A stretch of 40,392 bases of DNA from a virus (Duplodnaviria > Caudoviricetes), in the IMG/VR virus record IMGVR_UViG_3300031953_000049, positions 1-40,392 of that record; one strand, given 5' to 3'. Below are positions 1-7,987 of this stretch, piece after piece. Both the position numbers and the translations under genes were made by a program. Below the pieces are notes generated by a model. It was not told the origin of the DNA. It saw only the letters and a list, made by a program, of their open reading frames with translations, and made no database searches. How positions within the stretch are numbered: position 1 is the stretch's first letter; the number at the start of each line of letters is the position of its first letter.

Positions 1-127
1 CCACCTCATAAGGAGTCCACCTCATGTCAACTGCAACTGAAAAGAAGATCGAACTGATCAACCAGCTTCTCGCCAAGGCCGAGAAGACCACGCCGGAAGA
101 GGCTGAAGCCCTCACCGAGCACGCTGA
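1..127. repeat. 127-bp terminal direct repeat, left copy (circular assembly overlap)
   Basis: Bases 1-127 are identical to 40266-40392; the repeat cuts through a gene, as expected for the k-mer overlap of a circular or circularly permuted genome. Confidence 0.95.
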
Positions 128-764
128 ACGTCTCATGGTCAAGTACATGATTGACCAGTCCGTCCTGGAAGCCAAGCGCTCCAAGGCTGGCTCGGCTACC
201 GAGAAGATCATCACTCGTACCTACGTCTGCTCCGGTAGCTACCAGAAGCCCCTGATGCAGTTCATCCACGCAGTCGGCCGCGCATACGGCAACGTAGAGT
301 TCATGAAGAGCAATGGTCGCAACACGATCACGCTGCACATGGTCGGCTTCCAGTCGGATGTTGACCAGCTGTACATCCTCGCTGAGTCGCTGCACATCCA
401 AGCAACCGTCGCAATGAGCGCATGGTGGAAGGTCAACAAGAACGACTTTGACATGCGCAGTACCGAAGGCAAGTGGAACGCTCGTGCAGCCTTCCTGACG
501 GGCTTCGGCGACGGAGCAGCACGTCGCATGCGGGATAACAGGGCTAGCGCCATCCAGGAGGCTGAGAAAGAGAGCAGCGGTACTGAGCTAGCCATCATTG
601 ACCGAGGACAGGCTGTGCAGGCGTACATGTCAAACCTCGGTGTTCGCAAGGGTCGTGCCACCAAGAAGGCATTTGACCACAACGCATCATCGGCTGGATT
701 CACCGCCGGACAGAACTCCAACACTGGAGAGAAGGGTCTAGGACACACCAAGCAGCTGAGCTAA
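24..764 (+). CDS. DUF2786-like protein
   Basis: N-terminal KKIELINQLLAKAEKTTPEEAEALTEHAERLMVKY matches the DUF2786 pattern; AAGGAG RBS at 10-15. Confidence 0.7.
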   Translation: MSTATEKKIELINQLLAKAEKTTPEEAEALTEHAERLMVKYMIDQSVLEAKRSKAGSATEKIITRTYVCSGSYQKPLMQFIHAVGRAYGNVEFMKSNGRNTITLHMVGFQSDVDQLYILAESLHIQATVAMSAWWKVNKNDFDMRSTEGKWNARAAFLTGFGDGAARRMRDNRASAIQEAEKESSGTELAIIDRGQAVQAYMSNLGVRKGRATKKAFDHNASSAGFTAGQNSNTGEKGLGHTKQLS

Positions 765-770
765 CAGGAG

Positions 771-794
771 GGGGGGCTGGTATAACGGCCCCCC
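771..794 (+). terminator. GC-rich hairpin, putative terminator
   Basis: GGGGGGCTG-GTATAA-CGGCCCCCC directly after the stop of 24..764; weak U-tract. Confidence 0.5.
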
Positions 795-842
795 ATACCC
801 TAGGCTAGGACATACCCCATTAGCGTCCCTAAGGAGGACCAC

Positions 843-1598
843 ATGCTTCACAAGAATACGATTGACGATGTGGTGCTGGCATTGAGCACAGCCCCCATTG
901 ATCCACGCACCGGGAACAAGGTGCTCTACTCGGTTGACTGGATCGCGGACCAGCACAGCATGATCGGCGCTGTCAACGAAGACTGGGTCCGCCGTGAGCT
1001 GGCTTGGTTCAACTCAGGCAGTGACCTTCTGGCCGACATGGAAGGTCCAGTGCCAGCGCTCTTCCAAGCGTGTGCAGGCGACGACGGCAAGGTGAACAGT
1101 GCCTACGGCCACATCCTGTTCGGTGATCGCAACCGAGTCGGGCAGCCTGTCCACGTGGGAGTCTTCCAGAACGTTGTGGACGCCTTCCTCAAGGAGGGCT
1201 TAGGCACTCGGCACAGCGTCGCAATTATCAGCGACAGAAGCGTGCACGAGTTGTCCCACTTCCAGGGTCGCAACGACTTCATCTGCACGAACGCGCTCAA
1301 CTTCATGGTGGACGCAGAAGGGCACCTACACATCATCGCCCAGATGCGCAGTATGGACGCCGTGTTCGGCTACCGCGCTGACTACAGCATGTGGGACAAC
1401 CTCATGGAGCGTGTGCTGAATTATCTGGCACTGCCCTTCCCAGAGCTGAAGCGTGGCACCATCACTTTCCAGGTTGCCAACCTCCACGTCTATCCACGCC
1501 ACTTCGCTCTCCTCGAGGATGTGGCCTACGACATTGACGAACGACTTCAGCGTCGCGTCTGGCAAGCGCCTATCGAAGGAAGCGAGGCCACAGCGTGA
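843..1598 (+). CDS. Thymidylate-synthase-fold dCMP hydroxymethylase-like enzyme (T4 gp42-like)
   Basis: Motifs RELAWF, VNSAYG, DFICTN (catalytic Cys), MRSMDAVFGYRADY and NLHVYPRHF parallel T4 gp42; Asp rather than Asn at the specificity position; AAGGAGG RBS. Confidence 0.88.
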   Translation: MLHKNTIDDVVLALSTAPIDPRTGNKVLYSVDWIADQHSMIGAVNEDWVRRELAWFNSGSDLLADMEGPVPALFQACAGDDGKVNSAYGHILFGDRNRVGQPVHVGVFQNVVDAFLKEGLGTRHSVAIISDRSVHELSHFQGRNDFICTNALNFMVDAEGHLHIIAQMRSMDAVFGYRADYSMWDNLMERVLNYLALPFPELKRGTITFQVANLHVYPRHFALLEDVAYDIDERLQRRVWQAPIEGSEATA

Positions 1599-1735
1599 AT
1601 CCCTGGGACTTGGTCATGATCTGGATGGGCTGGGCAATGCTGAGCTTCCTCGTGATAATCACTCTCTTCATCGGAGTGGCTATCGTGGTTGGCATTGCCA
1701 AGGCTGTCCAGAAGCAGCTCCGCAGCAAGGAGTAG
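1595..1735 (+). CDS. Small membrane protein (46 aa, not in ORF track)
   Basis: GTG start overlaps the upstream TGA; MNPWDLVMIWMGWAMLSFLVIITLFIGVAIVVGIAKAVQKQLRSKE has a long hydrophobic helix and fills the intergenic gap. Confidence 0.7.
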   Translation: MNPWDLVMIWMGWAMLSFLVIITLFIGVAIVVGIAKAVQKQLRSKE

Positions 1736-1738
1736 ACC

Positions 1739-2689
1739 GTGAATGAGCATATACCCCTTCTGAAGGTTGCCAAGCCTTCCTGGATATATCCCATCTATGT
1801 GCCGACGTACAATCGCCCCGGTGCTGCACTCTTCCTGAACACCATGAACGACGCTCCAGATAGTGTGAAGCGCAAGATTCGCATCGTGGTTCGCAAGGAG
1901 CAGGCTGATGCCTACCTGAAGTCCTATCCATGGGCTAAGCAGGTTCTCGTGAAGCTTCCAGGGTTAGGGGCAGCACGCATGAGAGCTGTCCGCCATGCAC
2001 GATCCCAGGGCTTCACACGCATCCTGCAGATAGACGATGACATCCGCTCGGTGTCCCTGCTGGAGCGCCTGCCACGTGAAGGCAAGACAGACCATACTCG
2101 CAGGCACAGCTTCGGGGTGAGTGGTCGTAGTCGTGTTGACAACTACGTTCGATCCCTAGCTGTGGCCTGTCAGATGGCCGAGAGCGCGTTTGATGCAGAA
2201 CCACTCGCAGCACTAGGGCATCCTCGCAACGGTCTCTTCAGCGGAGACGTAGACACCACAGTGGGAGCAACCTTTGACAAGGGGGGATTCCCGTGTGCAG
2301 TAATCTTCTACGATCTGGACCGGCTCACCTTGGAGGAGTTGCCACCCGAGTTTCACATGCACGGTGAAGACCTAGGCACGACGCTGCACTTGCTATCGTC
2401 TGGGCAGAAGTGGTTCACGCTGCCAGCTGTGGCACAGGATGCCGATACTGGCATAGAGACCACCATCCCGATTGATCCGCAGAGTCCTACGGCGCGTCAG
2501 CCAGACTTGGACAATGCCTTCAAGGTCTACCCAGAGATCGCACCGTACCTGAGAGCCACCTTGCGGAACAAGGCTGGAGGAATCATGAAGATAGGTGTAC
2601 ACTGGACTCAGTGGTATGCCTTCTCCGGTGCACAGCCCAGAGAAGTATCCATGCATGACATCGTCACACAGATCAAGGAGAAGCAATAA
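1739..2689 (+). CDS. GT-A fold DNA glycosyltransferase (T2/T6 beta-glucosyl-HMC-alpha-glucosyltransferase / TAGT / GREB1-like)
   Basis: IYVPTYNR, IRIVVRKEQADAY, GLGAAR, DxD motif in QIDDDI, late ED motif in HGEDLG; adjacent to the hydroxymethylase-like gene. Confidence 0.8.
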   Translation: MNEHIPLLKVAKPSWIYPIYVPTYNRPGAALFLNTMNDAPDSVKRKIRIVVRKEQADAYLKSYPWAKQVLVKLPGLGAARMRAVRHARSQGFTRILQIDDDIRSVSLLERLPREGKTDHTRRHSFGVSGRSRVDNYVRSLAVACQMAESAFDAEPLAALGHPRNGLFSGDVDTTVGATFDKGGFPCAVIFYDLDRLTLEELPPEFHMHGEDLGTTLHLLSSGQKWFTLPAVAQDADTGIETTIPIDPQSPTARQPDLDNAFKVYPEIAPYLRATLRNKAGGIMKIGVHWTQWYAFSGAQPREVSMHDIVTQIKEKQ

Positions 2690-3282
2690 TGTTCATCGCG
2701 TTTGAAGGCCCGGACAAGACGGGCAAGTCCACCAGCGCTACTAACCTCGCTCACGATCACATTGCTCTATACAATGCGACCAAGAACATGCACGCACGAC
2801 AGCAAGAGGAAGTTAGCCTATATCCCGATTACATCCCAATTACCTATGATCGTATTGACTGGCTAAGTCACATGGTCTACCGCTTGGCTATGCCCGACCG
2901 AGAATGGTATGACGATCGTCCTCGCACGGTGTTCGCCATGCCTGACACACATCTCGTTGTGAAGATACATGCAGCTGAGACAGTGCGTGGCATCAAGGAT
3001 GAACTGTATGATGCAGGAAGCCCTCTTGCAGCTGTCAACGACATGTACTACTACCAGACGCTCTTTCTCATCGAGATGAACAAGAGAACTGACTATTCAC
3101 TGTTCCGCACCATCTCTCTGGTAGAGGTGCACAGTGACATCGATAACAAGGTGTTCGCACAGAGATGGCTCAAGTTAGACAGTCCTATCATAGATGAGAC
3201 TGAAGTCGATGCAGCGTTCTACACAGATGACTATCTGATGACGGTACTCCGTGAAGAAGAACGACAGCGGATCACAGTCTGA
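2689..3282 (+). CDS. Thymidylate-kinase-like P-loop nucleotide kinase
   Basis: N-terminal FIAFEGPDKTGKST Walker A and DR..LS..VY motif (YDRIDWLSHMVY). Confidence 0.8.
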   Translation: MFIAFEGPDKTGKSTSATNLAHDHIALYNATKNMHARQQEEVSLYPDYIPITYDRIDWLSHMVYRLAMPDREWYDDRPRTVFAMPDTHLVVKIHAAETVRGIKDELYDAGSPLAAVNDMYYYQTLFLIEMNKRTDYSLFRTISLVEVHSDIDNKVFAQRWLKLDSPIIDETEVDAAFYTDDYLMTVLREEERQRITV

Positions 3283-3985
3283 CCACGGCAAGCATCTCCA
3301 CCTTGACCACCTGTTCAAGGTGGGAGTGCTGCTAGACCGTTCTCAGAACAAGAAGCTATCCCAGGCCACACGCATGGAGGCCGCGCAAGAACTCCTTCGT
3401 TACCGTGACGAGGGAATCATCATACAGACTAGTAAGGAGGTGAGCAAGGTGGCTAAGAAAAGCACACGCGCTCACGAAGAACCTGATCCAGTGTTCGGTG
3501 GCAGGGGTATTATCTTCGCGGTGATTGATGACCGTGAGGAGATGCGCGAAGGTCGGGTAACAACCATCGACGTTCTAACCGAAGGCATTGAATCGGCCCT
3601 AGACGCAGGGCACGAGACCAGCGAAGACATCGCACGGTATCTGACCACCAGTGCGTTCCAGCACATAACCGACAAGCGCGTGCGATTCAACAGCGTGCTC
3701 AAAGCTGGTGACATCGTAGGTGCTCAGATTGTGCGCAAGCTGCACAACGCATACAACGATCTAGCCGTCACAGCGGAAGAAGAGGAAGACCCTAAGCAGA
3801 AGGCTCTTCTCCGCTCCGAAGCTACTGGATTCGCAGAGGCGCTGATGGTAGTGCTAAGCCCTTTCAGCAGCGAAGACCAGGAAGACCCTAGGCTGGTATC
3901 CTGGGAAGAAATAGACCGTATGACAGCCACCTTCGAGAAGGAGCAACGGTTCGTTATCAAGGAGAGAAAAGGAACACCACAATGA
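3251..3985 (+). CDS. Hypothetical protein
   Basis: 244-aa ORF inside the operon; stop overlaps the next ATG. Confidence 0.7.
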   Translation: MKKNDSGSQSDHGKHLHLDHLFKVGVLLDRSQNKKLSQATRMEAAQELLRYRDEGIIIQTSKEVSKVAKKSTRAHEEPDPVFGGRGIIFAVIDDREEMREGRVTTIDVLTEGIESALDAGHETSEDIARYLTTSAFQHITDKRVRFNSVLKAGDIVGAQIVRKLHNAYNDLAVTAEEEEDPKQKALLRSEATGFAEALMVVLSPFSSEDQEDPRLVSWEEIDRMTATFEKEQRFVIKERKGTPQ

Positions 3986-4497
3986 GCGAACGAGATGACA
4001 TCACAGAGCAGGCGTATCACCTCCCACCAGCCCTGTTCAGTCGCGAAGAAGCTGATGCCCTTGGAAAGGCATTTGACAAGCGCTTCCCACCTAAAGAAGA
4101 CATCGAGGAGTATCACACGATGCAGGAGCTGGTTCACAACACAGCTACAGGCTTCAACCTCTTGCTGAAGATGCAGCACAGCTTGGAGGAGAAGTGGGGT
4201 CGTGACGTAGACGTCAATGATCCTGAAGCTGTGAGCAGGCACATTCGGGACACCATCCTGTGTACCACTGATGAGCTCCATGAGGTGCTGGCTGAGGTCA
4301 ACTGGAAGCCATGGAAGGATTCACGCGGCATCAAGGATGTGGATAAGTACCGTGAGGAGATGGCCGACGTGCTGCACTTCGTCCTCTCGCTGTACCTAGC
4401 AGCAGGTGTCAGCGGTCAGGAGATCGTCACTGACTACATGGCTAAGCATCAAGAGAACCTAGCGCGAACACGTTCGGCTGAGTACAAGGCAAGCTGA
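3982..4497 (+). CDS. All-alpha NTP pyrophosphatase (MazG / dimeric dUTPase / T4 gp56 dCTPase-like)
   Basis: DELHEVL, WKPWK, EEMADVLHF and Y..KH.EN..R motifs. Confidence 0.85.
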   Translation: MSERDDITEQAYHLPPALFSREEADALGKAFDKRFPPKEDIEEYHTMQELVHNTATGFNLLLKMQHSLEEKWGRDVDVNDPEAVSRHIRDTILCTTDELHEVLAEVNWKPWKDSRGIKDVDKYREEMADVLHFVLSLYLAAGVSGQEIVTDYMAKHQENLARTRSAEYKAS

Positions 4498-4751
4498 TGG
4501 ACGTGCAACTAGAGGTCCGTGAAGCTAATCGCAGACTCAAGCGTTCAGCCGATCGCATGGCTATCATCGCAGCAGCTAAGGTCAACGGGATGACGCCTAA
4601 AGAGTATGCAGATAAGCTTGATAGAGAACGTCTAGAAAAGCTTAGGGCCATGCCGTCCGCTGCTGAGCAGCTGGGAACCATCTACCGTCAGATCAATGAC
4701 GCGTTCGTGGAGTTCGCAGAGAACTTCGCACGTGGCTGGAACGGCCGATGA
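4497..4751 (+). CDS. Hypothetical protein
   Basis: 84-aa ORF translationally coupled at both ends (TGATG, ATGA). Confidence 0.7.
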   Translation: MDVQLEVREANRRLKRSADRMAIIAAAKVNGMTPKEYADKLDRERLEKLRAMPSAAEQLGTIYRQINDAFVEFAENFARGWNGR

Positions 4752-5212
4752 CACGTTCATCGTGGGACACGGTCTGGGCAGATGTTGCTCGGGCTGTGTC
4801 CCGTAGGTCGTCCTGCGATCGTGCTCAGGTAGGTGCTGTCATTGTCAAGAACAACCGAGTGGTCTCTACAGGCTACAACGGTCCTGCCAGTGGGTATCCG
4901 GCAGACACTAGCCTGGGATGCCAGAACTGGTGTCTGAGAGCAGCTGGTGGCGTCCCAGACATGGTTAGTGGTTACGGATACGCCTGCCCGAGCGTCCATG
5001 CCGAGGCGAATGCTCTGCTGCATGCCAGTAGGACTGATGTTGAAGGTGCCACAATCTATGTGACTCACGCACCATGCGCCGATTGTGCCAAGCTGGTTTC
5101 CGCCTCAGGTGTGGCCCGACTAATTATCCTTCAACCCATCGAGTCGCACAGACCCGATCCTACCCGATATCTAGAGGGGTGTGGTATCGAGATAATAACA
5201 CTTGCGTCCTGA
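4748..5212 (+). CDS. dCMP deaminase
   Basis: RSSC..AQVGAVIV, STGYNG, HAEANAL and PCADC zinc-binding motifs. Confidence 0.92.
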   Translation: MTRSSWDTVWADVARAVSRRSSCDRAQVGAVIVKNNRVVSTGYNGPASGYPADTSLGCQNWCLRAAGGVPDMVSGYGYACPSVHAEANALLHASRTDVEGATIYVTHAPCADCAKLVSASGVARLIILQPIESHRPDPTRYLEGCGIEIITLAS

Positions 5213-5230
5213 CCCTGCTTAGGGCATACT
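5202..5230 (+). promoter_or_regulatory. SigmaA-like promoter for the surface-protein gene
   Basis: TTGCGT-17 nt-CATACT upstream of an AAGGAGG RBS. Confidence 0.55.
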
Positions 5231-5266
5231 GACCATTCTAATAACCCTACGTTCCAAGGAGGAACA

Positions 5267-5968
5267 ATGAAGATCACAAAGATGCTAGCAGGCGCTGTCA
5301 CAGCTCTGCTTGTAGGAGGAGGGCTAGCGTTCGCCACAGTGCTTCCAGCTAGCGCTACAGTCAACGAGGACTGTGTCCCATCAGAAGCCTGGACTGAGGT
5401 AGTCACCCCCGAGGTGCCTGCCGTAGACGAGGTTCCAGCTGTGGATGCAGTGTACGAAACAGTCATCATCAAAGAAGCTGGCTGGCAGCGCTACTCATTC
5501 ACAGGCAAGTGGAAGAGCGATGATGCTCCAGAATTCCCGGGAGATCAGTGGCAGGCTAACGTCGCCGGCGATCCTCATGGTGTCGGAGTTGAAGGCGCAT
5601 ACTTCCGCAGCCACGAGAACTCGGGGAACGTTGACTGGTTCTATCTTGAAGCCACACCAGCTGAGACCGAGCAGCGCCTTGTGTCTGAAGCTGTCCCGGC
5701 AATCCCAGGGCAGGAAGCTATCCCAGCAGTGACCATCGAGCATGAAGCGGTCGTCTGTGAAGAAGAGCCTGTAGTAGTGGTTCCTCCGGTGGATACCACA
5801 CCTCCTGTCCAGATTGATGATCCAGTGAAGGCTGTGCCAGTAGCGGCGACGCTGGCATACACTGGAAGCGATGACAAGCAGGGCGTTCTGCTCGGAGGCC
5901 TTGCGTCACTGCTGATCGGTGTCAGTGCTGTAGTCGTATCTGCTATTCGACGCCGTATGCTGGTCTAG
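5267..5968 (+). CDS. Secreted, sortase-anchored (LAXTG) cell-wall protein
   Basis: N-terminal signal peptide (MKITK, hydrophobic core, PASA); C-terminal LAYTG, then a hydrophobic helix and RRR tail. Confidence 0.8.
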   Translation: MKITKMLAGAVTALLVGGGLAFATVLPASATVNEDCVPSEAWTEVVTPEVPAVDEVPAVDAVYETVIIKEAGWQRYSFTGKWKSDDAPEFPGDQWQANVAGDPHGVGVEGAYFRSHENSGNVDWFYLEATPAETEQRLVSEAVPAIPGQEAIPAVTIEHEAVVCEEEPVVVVPPVDTTPPVQIDDPVKAVPVAATLAYTGSDDKQGVLLGGLASLLIGVSAVVVSAIRRRMLV

Positions 5969-7335
5969 TGTCCTTTCAACTAAGGGACTCCCAGAGTGTC
6001 GCGTTGGAACGACTGGTTGAACCCGGTCGAACCTTCGCGGCTCTCTGGGCTGAGCCACGTTCAGGGAAGACCGCTGTGGCTCTAAAGTGGGTACAGCACC
6101 ACAAGCCCCCGATCGTAGTTATCGTGGGTCCCAAGGTCGCTGAAGGCGTATGGAAGACTGAAGCTGCTAAGTGGCTGAAGACGAGATACAGGTTCTTCCC
6201 GCTGACTGCTGGCAACACATATCCAGAGCCTGTTCGGTTCAAGGGTGTCACGCTGCTGTTCGTGAACTATGAGCAGTTCGGCAAGGCTCCCTGGAAGAGG
6301 CTCGGGCCATATCTGCGCAAGCTGGCTAAGCTGGCTGACGGCAAGGGCATGATGCTGCTGGACGAGTCTCACATCATCAAGACACCTAGCTCTGTGTTCG
6401 GCCGTAACATCCGGCCACTGGCTCACTCGTGGTCGTACAGGCTGCTGATGACTGGCACACCTGTTACTAACCCAGACCAGATTGATGCGATCTACGGTCA
6501 GTGGACATTCCTGAACCCTGCCATCCGAGATGAGTGGGCAAGCGCAAGGGACTTCCGTGAACACTTCGGTGAGTGGACTAATGTCAAGGGCTTCCCCGAA
6601 CTCATCCGTCCCATACGTCAGGCTCAGCTGAACGAGTACATCCAGTCCGACGTCATCACTATGGTTGGACCCGGTGACCCGGTGCCTATCCGCAAGGTTC
6701 GATATCCTGTCCCGGCTGACGTCATGAAGATGCACAGGGACATGCTGAAGAAGGGTGTGGTGTACGTCGGCGGCAGAACAGTCATCGGGCTGAACCCCCT
6801 GACCCGTCTCTTACGCATGCGCACTCTTGTCGGTGGCTGGTTCAAGGATGAGGATGGCGAGTCGTTCACAGTGCTGCCAGCAGCCCGAGCCAGACTATCC
6901 GCACTGGGCAAGGTGCTTGAAAGGTGTGACGGCAAGGTCATCATCGCATGCACGCACTTGTGGGAAGTGAAGCTGGTGCGCAGATACCTGAACATGAAGG
7001 GACTGGGACACCTGCTAATCACCGGGGCCACACCTAACAAGAACCATGTGATTGAGGCGTTCCAGCAGGACCGTGAGAAGCGCGTGCTGCTGGTGCAGCC
7101 CCGGACGGTGGCTATGGCAGTAGACATCTCCGTAGCCCAGGACTTGATCTGGTACACCAGCGATTTCAACTACGTCACGTTCAAGCAAGCCAGCGACCGG
7201 ATCAAGCTGTCCCCAGTGAGTCCGACGGTGTGGTTCTTGTGTGGCCGTGGCACAGTGGATGAGGATGTCTGGACCACGCTGCAAGAAGACCACGAGCACC
7301 TTAGAAAGGTCATCCGTCGTATCCGTAGAAAATAG
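5968..7335 (+). CDS. SNF2-like SF2 DNA helicase
   Basis: EPRSGKT Walker A, LLDESH Walker B, MTGTP motif III, C-terminal helicase domain. Confidence 0.9.
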   Translation: MSFQLRDSQSVALERLVEPGRTFAALWAEPRSGKTAVALKWVQHHKPPIVVIVGPKVAEGVWKTEAAKWLKTRYRFFPLTAGNTYPEPVRFKGVTLLFVNYEQFGKAPWKRLGPYLRKLAKLADGKGMMLLDESHIIKTPSSVFGRNIRPLAHSWSYRLLMTGTPVTNPDQIDAIYGQWTFLNPAIRDEWASARDFREHFGEWTNVKGFPELIRPIRQAQLNEYIQSDVITMVGPGDPVPIRKVRYPVPADVMKMHRDMLKKGVVYVGGRTVIGLNPLTRLLRMRTLVGGWFKDEDGESFTVLPAARARLSALGKVLERCDGKVIIACTHLWEVKLVRRYLNMKGLGHLLITGATPNKNHVIEAFQQDREKRVLLVQPRTVAMAVDISVAQDLIWYTSDFNYVTFKQASDRIKLSPVSPTVWFLCGRGTVDEDVWTTLQEDHEHLRKVIRRIRRK

Positions 7336-7348
7336 TTTCGTCTAGGAG

Positions 7349-7377
7349 TTGCACACATCGGCATCAGCATGTACAGT
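7349..7377 (+). promoter_or_regulatory. SigmaA-like promoter
   Basis: TTGCAC-17 nt-TACAGT, preceded by AT-rich AGAAAATA. Confidence 0.6.
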
Positions 7378-7428
7378 GATACTCACAAGGCACCCCGCCA
7401 CCATGAACCATCAACCAAGGAGTCCACA

Positions 7429-7833
7429 ATGGCTACCACACGCAAGTCCACTAAGTCCACCAAGGCAGTCGCACCCGTTGAAGCTGAAGAGACCACAGAG
7501 GTAGCTTCAACCGAGCCTTCCATCAAGCAGGTCATCAACACTGGTATCGACACCGTCGTTGCCGAGACTGGTGTTGACTCGCAGAAGGCCCGTTACAAGG
7601 CCATGCGTGCTATCGCATTCATCGCCTTCCGTTCGGCTATCGAAGATGGCACGTTCGACGAACTCATCGCAGCAGCTATCGCTGACGTTGACGAGCTTCC
7701 CACCGGATGGCAGCTTGAGCGCTCTGTAGCAGCCAAGCCAGCAGCCAAGAAAGCAGCCAAGCCAGCAGTCAAGAAGACCGCTGAGAAGGTCGCTCCGACC
7801 AAGCCAGCAGCACGCAAGCGTCCTGTCCGCTAA
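7429..7833 (+). CDS. Small protein with basic termini and histone-H1-like AKP tail
   Basis: ATG 7429 behind AAGGAG; C-terminus AAKPAAKKAAKPAVKK. Confidence 0.75.
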   Translation: MATTRKSTKSTKAVAPVEAEETTEVASTEPSIKQVINTGIDTVVAETGVDSQKARYKAMRAIAFIAFRSAIEDGTFDELIAAAIADVDELPTGWQLERSVAAKPAAKKAAKPAVKKTAEKVAPTKPAARKRPVR

Positions 7834-7840
7834 CCAACCA

Positions 7841-7878
7841 CATGAAGCCCTCACCTCTCACCGGGTGAGGGTTTCATG
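7841..7878 (+). terminator. Long hairpin (terminator or RNA-processing stem) just 5' of the tRNA
   Basis: CATGAAGCCCTCACC pairs with GGTGAGGGTTTCATG (15 bp, one G-U); no U-tract. Confidence 0.55.
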
Positions 7879-7881
7879 CTA

Positions 7882-7951
7882 GGGCCAATAGCTCAAGTAG
7901 AGCGCTGAGATCAACTCTCAGTAGGTGTGGGTTCAAGTCCCACTCGGTCCA
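7882..7951 (+). tRNA. Atypical tRNA: CAA anticodon on an Ala-like body (possibly a pseudo-tRNA)
   Basis: Cloverleaf GGGCCAA-TA-GCTC(AAGTA)GAGC-G-CTGAG(ATCAACT)CTCAG-TAGGT-GTGGG(TTCAAGT)CCCAC-TCGGTCC-A; CCA not encoded. Confidence 0.8.
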
Positions 7952-7987
7952 CTGCACTATAATTTCACACACATTAGGAGTCCACCT

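Noticed and set aside
1-127. Terminal repeat as a biological DTR
   Set aside because: 127 bp equals a common assembler k-mer size and the repeat interrupts a gene; best read as a circular assembly overlap
843-1598. Ordinary thymidylate synthase (thyA)
   Set aside because: Asp at the specificity position and overall resemblance to T4 gp42 argue for a dCMP-acting enzyme
7882-7951. tRNA fragment as an attP site indicating a temperate lifestyle
   Set aside because: No integrase, excisionase or repressor is recognisable in the genome
7925-7987. Longer polymerase N-terminus from the ORF track
   Set aside because: It overlaps the tRNA; ATG 7988 has a clear AGGAG RBS
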